Assembly: GCA_964016885.1 (NCBI GenBank)
Contig: OZ024740.1
Coordinates: 441,378,001 to 441,442,000 of the forward strand
Direction: 5' to 3'
Length of the DNA stretch: 64,000 nt
Origin: Eledone cirrhosa
Lineage: Eukaryota
How positions within the stretch are numbered: the first letter of the stretch is position 1; the number at the start of each line of letters is the position of its first letter. Below the pieces are notes generated by a model, which ran no database searches, had not been told where the DNA came from, and worked only from the letters and a program-made list of their open reading frames with translations. This document shows, piece by piece, positions 10,501 to 23,096 of this stretch. The position numbers and the translations under genes are program-made.

Positions 10501-10606
10501 TAGTCTTGCCATTGTGCACTTTTACTCGACCTTATTGTAAACCCCCACTGTCCCTGTCTTTGTATTGTCCCCTACATGCCGGCCCTTGTGGCTAATAAAT
10601 GAAATC
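7556..10606 (+). mobile_element. 5'-truncated, decayed Tx1-like (L1 group) non-LTR retrotransposon, subfamily 1
   Basis: APE C-terminus (GPSYWKLN); RT (FKPITLLNTEFKI, LDQSKAFDRV, QGCPLS, YADD); C-terminal CPR.. zinc motif; AATAAA then (ATT)n; several stops and frameshifts; 3' UTR unlike the other two copies. Confidence 0.92.
8382..9920 (+). pseudogene. Largest open fragment of Tx1-like ORF2 (reverse transcriptase)
   Basis: RT motifs above; in-frame 24-bp duplication (DTSEIEVV x2, 8967-9014); premature TGA at 9918-9920. Confidence 0.88.
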
Positions 10607-10659
10607 ATTATTATTATTATTATTATTTTATTATTATTGTTGTTGTTGTCGTTGTCGTT

Positions 10660-10797
10660 GTAGGATTTGCCACCCAAATAGATTGTGAAACTGCCCTACA
10701 CCCATCCATTGCCATTGATTTATTGATAATATCCTGAATATGACTTTGCTAAAAAAAACAGATTTTCTCAACGCCTTTAATTGTGTGAACTGCGATA
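10660..10797 (+). mobile_element. Probable CRE-clade RT fragment
   Basis: Manual translation GFATQIDCETALH, then in another frame LLKKTDFLNAFNCVNCD, resembling CRE RT motifs QLGxxTxxGCEAAVH and LLKxDFxNAFNxVxRD. Confidence 0.55.
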
Positions 10798-13700
10798 CGG
10801 GCCATCTTCCTGGACCCAGAAGGTAAGTTGGTGGTGCTGGACGTGACCAGCGGAGACGGGCAAGCTTTCAGGCTAGTGGCCGTCTATGCCCCGACAGGAG
10901 CAGGGCAGCCTGATTTCTTCCGGCGTCTGGAGACTTTTCTTGGAATGTCCCGCTTTTTAGTGTTAGTGGGCGACTGGAACGGGATCTTAGATGCACGCTG
11001 GGACTGTGTGGGATTAGCGGATAGGGGAGGAGGGTGCAAGAGCCTCACCAACCTGCTCAGGCGTTTTGAACTGTCTGACAAGTACCGGTTGGATTTCCCG
11101 AATGTGCCAATGTGGACTTGGACAAACCGCATAGGGTCATCCAGATCATATCTAGATAGAGTATTTTGTAGGGAAATAGATAGGTCTAGCATAGGCTGTC
11201 CACAATTCAAGATAGTCAGCTACACGGACCACAAATTCGTGATCTGTGTGCTTGACTTAGATAGGCTTCATAGACGAGGACCCGGCTACTGGAAGCTAAA
11301 CGCGTCCTTACCAGCGCGCAGGGCCTACAGAGACCGGATTGGCGTACTAGTTAAGCGGGCGTTGACGGGGGCCATCGTCAACAACAAGTGGTGGTTTGCT
11401 CTAAAAAGAGCAATTAGAATAGAGTCCATTAGGTTTAGTAAGGCTTTAGCAATAGAGAAAAATAGAGCAGAGGGAGAACTAGTTAGAAAATTAGACTAGG
11501 CGCTTAGCAAAGGCATCACGACCGACGTACTGGCGGCGAAATTGGACCTTCACCAATTCTTCAATGCAAAGCACGAAGGTTGCGTTGTCAGAGCTAGGGT
11601 GCATGCTCTCAGACACGAGGGGACAAAAGCCGTTCAATGGGCCCGAGTGGCGGAGGCGCGTCGTGGCAACAAAGCCACCATCCGGTCTTTGGTGAACTAC
11701 GACGGGCGCATGCTACTCGATCTCGGGCAAATGTGTGAAGCTTTTCAGCGACACTTCGCTCAGCTGTTCGGGGGCAGCGGCGGGCCGGATCGAGGGATGG
11801 ACTTTAGTGTCTACCTCGACGGACTGCCGCGGCTCTCGGCCACTGAGGCGGAGTGTTGCGAAAAGCAGATAACAGACACTGAAGTACGGGAGGCAATGAC
11901 TGGCTGCACAAGGGTAAATCCTTGGTTTGGATGGTCTGCCCTATGAACTTTACGTACAGATGCCAGACTTGTTCGGAGGCCTCTTGGCGGACGTCTACTA
12001 AAACTGGCAACAGAACAGGAGAATTCCTACCTCTGTGAGCCGAATAGTTGTGGCGCTTCTGAGAAAGGATCCGAACAAGGGGGATATCATAGATAATTTT
12101 AGGCCCATAACTCTGCTAAACACAGAGTTCAAGATTTTGGCCAATGTGCTAGCAAAGAGGTTGGCACTTGTCGTTGGTGGTCTGGTGGGAGAGGCGCAGA
12201 CATGCGCCATTCCCGACAGATCCATCCACGACAATCTCCACCTCATGCGATACATCGTGGAGAGGGTATCTAGGGAACCTGGCACGGGTGGGTCCTTGAT
12301 CAATTTGGATCAGTCGAAAGCTTTCGATAGGGTCGACCATCTTTACATATCGGCAGTCCTGAGGGCGGCTGGCTTTGGGCCCGTCTTCAGAGGCTGGATC
12401 GCTGCCATGCACAGCGACATCTGCTCTGTGGTGAGAGTGAACGGTCACCTTTCGGAACCGTTCAACATCATGCGCTTGGTCCGCCAAGGATGTCCCCTCT
12501 CGTCCCTCTTGTACGTATTGACTCTCGAGCAATTACTGCACAAACTGGAGACGTTGAGGGGGGTTCCGCACGAAATAGGATGGGGAATATCCGTGTCAGC
12601 ATATGCGGACGATGTCACCGTAGTGGTGTCGAACGCCAAACACATCGAGGCGATCGGCACTACACTAAGAGAATACGAAGCTGTGACAGGAGCAATGATC
12701 AACCAGGAAAAGTCAGTGGGCCTGCAGCTCGGCACCTGGAGAGGCAGGTCCACGCCGTCCAACAGCGTCGTCGGGCGCTGGACGGACGGACCGGTTAAAT
12801 TGCTAGGGGTCTGGTTCTGTCCGGACCTCCAGACGGACAAAAACTGGGACGAGGTGACGTGCAGGGTGGCTTCTCTCACCCAGAAATGGGCGGAGAGGAA
12901 GCTATCCCTGAAAGGTCAAGCGGAGGTGGCTAACGCCTACATCGCGTCCGTCATCTACTACCGCCTGACAGTCGTACCTGACTGCGCTGGAGCGTTTGCT
13001 CTTTCGCTTTATGTGGAAGGGACGCGCTCCGATGGTCAGGCGGTCCATCTGCTGTCAACACCCGCTACGTGGAGGACTGGGCATGCTGTGGCTGATGATG
13101 CGCAGACACGCGCTCAGGCTACGACATTCCACCTCTTCCTCGACGGTGATCAGGTGTGGTCGCCGTTTGCTAGACACGTTTTTCCCCAGCTCGTCTCCTT
13201 GACGGAGCTGCAGTCCTGGGTCAAGCGAAGACCGAGAGGGAGCGCCTGGAGACTGGAATGTCTTCAGGCGCTCACAGCCCTCGACCAATCGGGCAATGTG
13301 ATCCGTGGAAACTCCACCTTGGCGTTCTATAGAGGATTAGTGGAGGGGAAGAGCGACGACGTACTTGGAGAAACTCTAGGCGTCGACGAAAATCAACTAG
13401 CCAATCTCTTCGGAAGGACTTTCGGGCCGGGGCCTATGGACAACTTCCAGAAATCCCTGGCCTGGCAGTGCTACCGAGGAGCTTTGCCAGTTCGGGATAA
13501 ACTCTACAGGTATGGAGGTGCCGTCAGTCGGGCATGTCCGAGATGCGCGCAGGGCGACGAAACCATCCTGCACGAACTCGTCCAGTGTCCGAGCATTGCT
13601 GACTTGTGGGTTTATGTCGAACACCTGCTGTCACGTGTAGGGCGGATCCGGCTATCAGCTGAGTCCATCGTGAGGATTGCGCCGCCCTCTTACTTTAGCC

Positions 13701-14196
13701 GGGAAGGGCAGGAAGTTTTTATCTGTCTGGTGGCCATGGCGAAAGAGATAGTATGGTGGACACGTTTGAAAGGGCTGAAGACGAGCACTTACCTCTTCGG
13801 TGATGCCCTGATTAACTTTTTCAAATTTCATTTGAAAAGGAAAATCGTGGTAGAGAGGGAAGTGCTCTCTTCCCAGCATTTTGTTGAGAGATGGGTGAGA
13901 AAAGCAAGTATGACCCGAGTGAATGGCCCTACTCTGAGTATGTGTCTGTAAATTAAAGGTGGAAAACTGGGAGAGGGCACTTGCCCTGGTGGTCAGGGTC
14001 ACTGTGGCCTTCTAATGGGCTTTCTCCACAAATGTCCCTCGGAAGTCTCCGTTGGGGAATATATCATTGTTATTTTTCGTTACATCCTGTTTTTGTTTTT
14101 TTTACACGCAGAAATGCCCATTTGTACCGTCCTGTATTTTCCTGTACTGTCCTTAATGTCTACTTTATGTAAACACTTGTGGTTAATAAAGAAAGC
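10795..14196 (+). mobile_element. 5'-truncated Tx1-like retrotransposon, subfamily 2 (disrupted ORF2)
   Basis: APE (VAVYAP, VGDWN, YLDRVF, TDH); RT (QGCPLS, YADD); CPRCAQGDETILHELVQC; AATAAA plus (ATT)n tail; colinear with about 26855-30272. Confidence 0.95.
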
Positions 14197-14220
14197 ATTA
14201 TTACTATTATTATTATTATT

Positions 14221-17200
14221 CTTTGAGTCTCAGTCATTGATGTTAGTTAACTGGAAAGTTTGTTGAAATGAATATCAAGACACTACCTGCAGCCTCAGAT
14301 ATTCAGGACGTATCGGAGGGTTCTTGGTGTTCCCAGCAAGCATGCCTTTTGAAGCATTCCAAAAAGCGTGGCGAGGCCAATTTTCTTTAACCATCCCTGG
14401 AAACTTTTTGAGATAGTACCTAGTGCGCCTATGACAATCGGGACCACTTTGACTTCATGGCAGTTCCAAATCCTTTTTACCTCCCACTTTAAGTCCTGGT
14501 ATCGGTTAATTTTCTCCCTCTCCTTCTCTTGCACTCTCGTGTCGAATGGGCAGGCCACATCCACAATCAGGAACGATCTTTTTTCTTTGTCCACAAACAC
14601 CAGGTCAGGTCTATTGTGTTCCAGTTTCTTGTTCGTCTGTATCCTAAAATTCCACAGCACCTTCACCTGATCGTTTTCTATCACCGACTCTGGCTTATGC
14701 TCATTCCACTTCTCAGAATGTGGTAAATTGTTTACTTTGCATAGGTGCCAGTGGATCACCCTGTCCATCACATCATGTCTCCAGCCCTTATAGTGTGTCT
14801 GGGCTAGGTGTTTACACTCGGATACAATGTAAGCCACAGTCTCCTCTCTCTCTCCACAGATCCTGCACAGTGGGCTAGCCTCCTCCTTGTAAATATAGTG
14901 TTTCAACCACTTCGTTTTGAGGGCCTACTCTTGCGCAGCCATTAACATTCCTTCTGTAGCCTTTTTAAGGTCTCCACTTTTCAACCAGTTCCATGTCTGT
15001 GGATCTCTGAATTCAGTTTTCTCAAAGAAGGTACTATGAAGGGATTTTTTCCTGAAGGCTGCTCTTTACTCCTTGATGTTATTTCCTCCTTGGACATCCC
15101 CTGGTCTATTGTCCCCTCCTTCAGTACAGTTCCGAGCATTGGCTCCTTACTATCAGTTACGTATTTGTGTAGGTTATTTTTCTCCATCTGAACACAGTCC
15201 TCTATGCTGATAAGACCTCTTCCACCTTCAGATCTCCTTAAGTAGAGTCTATCGACATCACTTCTCTGTGGAACATGTTGTATATAGTCAATAGCTTCCT
15301 AGTCTTCCTATCCATTTCTTTTTGTTCAGCAACATTCCATCTCAGAATTCCCGCACTGTACCTAATAATAGACACAGCTCGGGAATTTACTGCACTTATG
15401 GCATTCCTACTGTTCAGATGTGACTTAAATACGCTCCTTACTCTCCGAAGGTATTCAGTTCTTATCAATTCCTTCATTTTTTTGTTCTTGATGTCATCAG
15501 CCTCCAGAACGCCCAAATACTTGTATCCTTCCTCAGAGTCAATTTCTTTTATCATCTCACCTGTTGGTATCTGGATTCCATTGCTTCTGCTCAATTTACC
15601 CCTCTTCATCACAAGGACTCCACACTTACTAATACCAAATTGCATACATGTATCATTGCTGAAGATACGGACAGTGTCAACAAGCACATCCAACACATTC
15701 TCACTCTTCCCGAAGAGCTTAAGATCGTCCATGAATAGGAGGTGATTGATGGTAAGCCCTCCCTTTCCCAACCTGTATCCTGCTCTCACTTTTCGCAGTA
15801 TAATGGTCAGGGGCATCAGGGCAAAGACAAACAACAGAGGGGACAGACGATCTCCCTGGAAGATACCTCTCTTGATCTTCACGCTTCCCAAGGATTCTCC
15901 AGCTGATGTTAACTCTGTTTCCCAGGACTTCATACTTTTGCCCAACAACTGTCTGATGTTATCTGCAACCCTGAAGATCTCCAGGCTTTTGGTGATCCAA
16001 GAATGAGGCACCATGTCAAATGCCTTTTTGTAGTCTATCCATCCCATGGCAAGACCAGTGTGTCTCCTCTTGCAATTCCTCATTACCATCTTATCAATAA
16101 GTAACTGGTCCTTTATACCACGGGACTTCTTTCGGCATCCTTTCTGTTCGTCCGGTAACAAGTTGTTTGTGTGGAGGTGATGGTAGATTTCCTCAGACAT
16201 AATGCTTGTCAACAGTTACCACATTACGGACAGACATGTGATAGGTCTATAGTTGGTAACATCATTACCCTTGATTCGGTCTTTCATTATCAGAACTGTG
16301 GTACCTTTTGTCAACCACTCTGGTACCTCACCTGACATCAAGCAGTCATTGAACATGGTTGTCAGTTTCGGGTGGAGGGATGTTATATTTTTTATCCAAT
16401 ACCCCTGCACACCATCTGGGCCTGGTGATTTCCAGTTGGTTAGTTTTTTGGCGTGCCCCTTAAGAGTTTCAACTGTGATACTCAAATCAGTTTGTTGGTG
16501 TGCCTGTTCACTAATCTCCTTCTGTACTGTCTCAATCCACACTGCCTGGTCATTATGTTTAACATCCTGCTCCCATATTCCTCTCCAGAATGTTTTAGTT
16601 TGTTCCGCCTCAGGGATCAAGTCGTTGCCTCTTTCTTTCCCTTCAAGCTGTCCAAACAGCATCTGCTGGTTGTTGTCAAACATGCGGTTCTGTCTATACT
16701 GACTGACTCTGTTCTCGTATCGCCTGATTTTTGCTCTCTTTGCTACAATGCGTTGCTTCAGTTCCTCTATGATAATATTTTGCTTTTTCCTCCTAGTTTT
16801 GTACTTTATTTCCAGTCTATTTTTAGTGTCTATGTTTTTTAGTGTCCCATTCAGTAGGGACTCAAGCTTTCCAATGTCATTTCTCATTTCCCTGATTTGA
16901 CCACTCAGTCGTTTCTTCCACCAAGGCTCTGATCTTTCTTGTTTGTTGTTTCCTCTCGCTTTTATACCAAGTAATTTCCTCATCGTATTTGCTGTTGCTT
17001 TGAGGATATTGTTGCACTGGTGAAGGCTCCTCGCCTCAAGGTATGGGATAACTTTCTTTACCTTAGCTGTTGTTTCTTTTAACTTTTTCCTGTCTACAAA
17101 TCTTAGGTTCATAGGTTTCCCACTATCATTGTTCAATTCATCTACCACTAAGTTTAGGATATCAACCAAATCTTGTCCTAGCCCGTCAGCATTCATCTCC

Positions 17201-17801
17201 TCAGTGGCCGTATCTCTGTTCCAGGTATTATTTATTTCAGCATTCAGATCATTGTCTGCTTCGGGTGGTTCCTCCGTTCTCTCAACCTCTTCACCTTCAT
17301 TTCCCACTGGCTCGTTTGCCTGGCATACTCCATTCTCCATTTCCAAGCTAATCTCTCTGCTCAGTTCCTCCAGTTCCAGCTCGCTTATCCACCCATTAGT
17401 TCTTATTACCCGAGCCTGCGTGGCCAATTTTTTTTCATCTAATTTAAATAGACCAATCTCGTTCCAGATGTTATGCATCCGTTTCCTATAGCCTTTCTCC
17501 TTGGGATTACTCTTCAGGTAACATTGCATAACAGTTCTATTCAATTCTGTCGTTCAGTTGCTTCTGGTCCCTTTCCTTCTTCTTCCTCCGACACCAGCAG
17601 TATTTGGTTGACAGCCAGGTCCCTGCTGCTGAGCCAGGGAGCACCTGTTTGGTGAGAGTCTGTCACATGACATTCTAGTTTCCACTTCACCGTTATTCGA
17701 TCTGTTTAGGTTCGACATTTAAACACTCTTATCGAGGATTGGCGAATGTATGGTTACATAACCACCGGTGATTTCGTCACTCCCGGTGATTTTTGTGTGG
17801 C
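14221..17801 (-). mobile_element. Near full-length R4/Dong-like (RT + CCHC + REL endonuclease) retrotransposon, family A
   Basis: [40 protein letters not shown]...HIVSEC, RHD, NRPD..D...KINRY; 3' end abuts (TTA)n. Confidence 0.93.
14295..17718 (-). pseudogene. Disrupted single ORF of family A R4/Dong-like element
   Basis: Probable start ATG at 17718 (MSNLNRSNNG...); fragments 16216..17544, 15238..16212, 14981..15187 and 14295..14906 are separated by stops or frameshifts. Confidence 0.85.
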
Positions 17802-18086
17802 ATTATCACGCTGTAGACAAACATAAATAAACAAACAAACAAACAGGCAAAAAAAAAAAAAAAAGAATAAGTATAAGTTCCATTGTAATGTAATGTTTGA
17901 ATGTCTGACTTAGTTTTTCCCTTCCCTTCTCTGTCCGTCTGTTTGTTTTTCTCTTCATTTTTCTTTTCTTTACGTTTTTCGTTGTTGCTGTGCTGCTTTG
18001 ATTTTGATTTTGGTTTTTCGATTTTGACCGGGTCATCAATTCAGTCTATTTATATATTTTATTATTTATTATTATTATTATTATTA

Positions 18087-21000
18087 CAGTTGCATTTATC
18101 TTGCTTTATGTTCATACGAGTTATCACCAAGTCACAACCAGTGACCTCAAGAGACAACAAGGTCCGCCATGTTCAAGGAAGAACATACATACTCACACAT
18201 GCATCCTTAGTGTTTAGACTTGTGATGTACTTATATTGACAGAATCTTCCTTAGTATATGGGCAGTTCCCATTAGTACTATCTTTTGTATTTCTCCTATA
18301 CGCGGGTTTCCTGGGATCTGCGATAAGTAATCATCAGACCCCTTAGGTATCATTCCCAGAGCGCCTACAACCACTGGTATTGTTTTAGTTCTCAATTTCC
18401 ACATTTTTCCAATTTCTATCTCCAGGTCCATATACTTGCTCAATTTTTCAAATGTTTTTATAGATACATTCTTGTCTATTGGAACAGACATATCAATTAG
18501 CAGGCATACCCTCTTTTTAAAGTCCTTCAATGTTATATCAGGTCTATTTGCATCTATTTTTCGGTCTGTTTGGATGCTAAAGTTCCACAAGATTGAGATG
18601 TGATCTTTTTCAAGTATGGGAGGTGGTTGATGCTCCCACCAATTCTTTTGATGGGGCAGGTCAAAATGCTTACACATTATCCAATGTATGTATTGTGCAG
18701 CTCTGTCATGCCTGTTTAGGTATTCGGTTGGAGCTGTAGGACTGCACATTGAAATTATATGGTCAATGGTCTCTGGTTGTTTTTTGCATACACGGCATAA
18801 TGGCTGCATCCATTTTTTATTATGTTGGCTTGGTAATTTTTTGTTGGCAGACACTGATCTTGTGCTGATATAATCAGTCCTTCAGTCTCCGATTTCAGTC
18901 CAAAGGATGCCAACCACTGATGGGTTAAAGTTTTGTCAACATCAGGATTGTTAGCTCGCTCTGGGTATTTTCCATACAGAGGCTTTTCTTGCCATTTCTT
19001 AGCCAGTTTCTGTAGCAGTTCTTTCTTTGCAGTTACTTTTACCTGCTTTGCTTTTTCTGTGTTTTCCATTTCAGCAGTAAATGGGACTTCTGAAATTTGT
19101 AGTCCATTACTGTATCTTTGTGCATCATTTGTAATGGAATATTATCTTTTGATGCTTTCGTGTTTCAAAACGAGTTTGATCATCCAATCATGTGATTCCC
19201 TTAGATATGTAGATAATCCAATTGTTGCAGTTTTCAACGCAATGTCTAACTGGATTAACCCACGTCCACCTTCTTTCCTAGGGAGATATATTCTATCTAT
19301 ATCTGCCTTAGGGTGATGCATTCTGTGCATGGATAAGAATTTTCGAATTTTTGTATCGAGCCTACGGATCTCTGTGCTTGACCAGTTGATGACATTGTAA
19401 CTGTAGGTTACTACTGGTATGGCAAGCGTGTTTATGGCATCGATCCTATTCCTTGCATTCAATTCCGTTCTTAAGATTGCTCTTACTCTGCGGTAACATT
19501 CCTTCCTTATCCTTTCCCTCATTGTCGAGTGCTTGATTCCGTCTCCTTCACAAACACCTAGATATTTGTAAGTTTTTTCTTGATCAAGTTCTCTTATCAC
19601 GTTCCCCCGATCAAGATTAATGTCTGAACTCTTCAGCAGCTTTCCTCTGGTAAACGTTGCTTTGGCGCATTTATCTAGTCCAAACTCCATTTTAATGTCA
19701 TCACTGAACTGCTCCACAGTGGATAATAGCCCTTGTTCATCATTTTTTGCAAATAGTTTCAGGTCATCTATGTAGAACAGGTGATTAATGGTTTTGTCAT
19801 AGACTTTATATCCATGTTTTGTTTCATTGAGCATTTTACTTAATGATATAAGTGCGATGCAGAATAAAAGCGGTGATAAAGAGTCACCCTGAAAAATTCC
19901 ACAATTAATATTAACTTCTCCAGCTTCCAGTGATTTTGTTTCACTATTCAAAAGGAGTGTCGTTTTCCATGTCTTCATACTGAATGACAAAAACCTCCTG
20001 ACAACGGGGGATATTTTGAAAATCTCTAAACATTTTTCAATCCAACTGTATGGCAAACTATCGAATGCTTTTTTATAATCTATCCAAGCAATCGATAGAT
20101 TTTTGTGTCTATTATGACAATCTTCCAGTATCATTTTGTTAACCAGAAGCTGATCCTTACAGCCATATGAGCCTCGTTTACACCCTTTCTGCTCAATGGG
20201 AAATAGGTCATTTGTTATCAGGTGGTCATATGTGTATTCAGTTAGGACTGATGTTAAAATTTTATACAATGTGGTCAAGCAAGTTATCGGTCTGTAATTT
20301 TTGGGATTGTTTGTCTCATCATTCTTCGGAAGCAGGAATGTAATGCCGTTAACTAGCCATGATGGTATCTTTTCTGGCTCCTTAACTATTTCATTGTAAA
20401 GTTGGGCTAACAGCTCATGAGACTCTGTGAAGGCATTTATCCAAAAGTTTTGTATTTTGTCTTTTCCTGGGGATTTCCATTTGCTGGTTTTTCTTAGAGC
20501 CAAGCGCAACTGTTCAACTGTTATATTTTCCCATATTTGTTCCTCAAGATGAGCTGTATCTTTCATTTGTCTGTCTATCCATGGGGCATGTATGTTATGA
20601 ACTTTTTCTTCGGCCCAGATCTTTTCCCAGAATTCTTGCACTTCCTCCTTGGGTGGTATTGATTTAGCAGTTATTGTTGACTTACCAATTTTTCTGTAGA
20701 AGTTTCTTTGGTTGTTTTTGAACATATTATTGTCCTTATAGAATCTAGATCGTTTTTCAAAGCGCCTTATACGAGCAGCTTTGGCCGACACTTTTTGCTT
20801 GATTATTTCTATCAGCATGTCTATGTCACATGTTGGTTTTATACTGTACTTTTTTTTCAATTTTCTAAGTTTAGTTTGTTTAACATGTTCACCTACTTTA
20901 TAGTTTGTTAAAATTTCTATGTCAGATCGGAGAAGGTTTATTTGGCGATTGATGTTCTCTTGCCAAGTAGATTTCTTGTGGGAATTCCTTTGTTTTTTCA

Positions 21001-22031
21001 TCTTCACTCCACATAAGTGAGTGGTGACTTTAGCCGATGCATAATAGAGATGATTTAAATCAGTAATGTTTAGCTTGTGTGTGATGATAATGTTTTTGAG
21101 AATTATGTTAGTCTTGTGTATTATCTTTTGGTTCTGTTTGGAGTTCTGGATCTTAGGGAGGGTGTCTCGTTGCCCCATGTCAGATTCTTTCATTTTCATC
21201 CATTCGATCATAATTTCATCCTTCAAGTTGGCAAGTTCATTCTCATTCATTTCTTTATCATTTACGATCTCATTATTTTCATTTGGAGTTTCATCCTGAG
21301 CATGCACTCCCTCCACTTTTTCGATCCTTTCTTTAATTTGATCTGTTGCCAGTGATTCCGCCCCAACCCTGGGGTTCGAAGTGTTACAGTTTACCTCGTT
21401 TTCACTGACACATGTTTCATTTTCCCTTCGCTGACTTTGTGCTAATAGCTTGATCTGATCAATTTCTATATCAGTTAGTAACTTTTTCTTACAATATTTC
21501 TTCGTATATTGGCTAGTTTGTTACTGTCAATATAGCCTCTGTTTTCGGGATGTTTCTTTTTCCAGTTGATATATGTCTGTTCTGTATTCGATGTATTTGA
21601 TGGGTAGTACATGGCAGTGTAGAAAGCCTCAAGGACTTCTTTATTATCTTCCCTTGACCATGTTTCTCTCTTTTTCTTTGGATTTCTTGGTGGTGAGCAT
21701 GGAGGGCCAACAGTAGGAGTATTCCGGTTATGGGAGGTCTCCAGCTCCGAAGTGATGGGAAGGTTTGAACCATTAGCTGATTTTTCGACCCCAGTCTGGT
21801 TCCTCTCTGGGGGACGCGGCCCTTTTTTACCCGGGTGACGGCCGATCCGGTATGAGATTTTATCATTAGACATTTACTTTATTTTGTCGCGTTTTATCCT
21901 TATCCGCCAAGGGGTAATCATTTCGTGTTACCACTTCTAGAACGAGTGTCAACCAAGACTAGAGGGGTCGTTATCCCCTAGAGACACGGCTATTCCCCGC
22001 CGGCCGCCATCGAGGTATTTCTTGGTCACGG
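18087..22031 (-). mobile_element. Apparently full-length R4/Dong-like retrotransposon, family B
   Basis: [41 protein letters not shown]...HIISMC, RHD, NRPD; (TTA)n on both sides; UTRs unlike family A. Confidence 0.93.
18231..21873 (-). pseudogene. Disrupted single ORF of family B R4/Dong-like element
   Basis: Colinear fragments 21475..21873, 19142..21316, 18755..19069 and 18231..18854. Confidence 0.85.
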
Positions 22032-22060
22032 TTATTATTATTATTATTGTTATTGTTATT

Positions 22061-23032
22061 CCTTGAATCTCAGTCATTGATGTTGGTTAACTGGAAAGTC
22101 CGTTGGATTGAATATCAAGCCACTACCTGCAGCCTCAGATATTCAGGACGTATCGGAGGGTTCTTGCCGTTCCAAGCAAGCATGCCTTTTGAAGCGTTCC
22201 AAAAAGCGTGAAGGGGCCGATTTTCTTTAACCATCCCTGGAAACCTTTGGAGATAGTCCCCAGTGCGCCTATGCCAATCGGGATCACTTTGACTTCATGG
22301 CAGTTCCAAATCCTTTTCACCTCCCACTTTAGGTCCTGGTATCGGTTAATTTTCTCCCTCTCCTTCTCTTGCACTCTCGTGTCGAACGGGCAGGCCACAT
22401 CCACAATCAGGCACGATATTTTTTCTTTGTCCACAACCACCAGGTCAGGTCTATTGTGTTCCAGTTTTTTGTCCGTCTGTATCCTAAAATCCCACAGCAC
22501 CTTCACCTGACTGTTCTCCATCACCGCCTCTGGCCTATGCTCATACCATTTCTCAGAATGTGGTAGATTGTTTACTTTGCACAGGTGCCAGTGGATCACC
22601 CTGCCCATCACATCGTGTCTCCAGCCCTTATAGTGGGTCTGGGCTAGGTGTTTACACTCGGACACAATGTGAGCCACAGTCTCCTCTCTCTCTCTCCACA
22701 GATCCTGCACAGTGGGCTAGCCTCTTCCTTGTAGATATGGTGCTTCAACCACTTCGTTTTGAGGGCCTGCTCCTGCGCAGCCATTAGCATTCCTTCTGTA
22801 GCCTTTTTGAGCTCTCCTCTTCTCAACCAGTTCCATGTCTGTGGATCTCTAAATTCAGTTTTCTCAAAGAAGGTACTATGAAGGGATTTTCCCTTAAGGC
22901 TGCTCTTCCTCCTTGATGTTATTTCCTCCTTGGATATCCCCTGGCCTACTGTCCCCTCCTTCAGTACAGCTCTGAGCATTGGCTCCTTACTATAGGTCAC
23001 GTATTTGTATAGGTTGTTTTTCTCCATCTGAA

Positions 23033-23034
<2 letters not shown>
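22061..23034 (-). mobile_element. 5'-truncated family A R4/Dong-like copy
   Basis: 3' UTR plus CCHC/REL region matching about 14221-15195; (TTA)n on both sides. Confidence 0.93.
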
Positions 23035-23084
<50 letters not shown>

Positions 23085-23096
23085 GTTGTTGTTATT

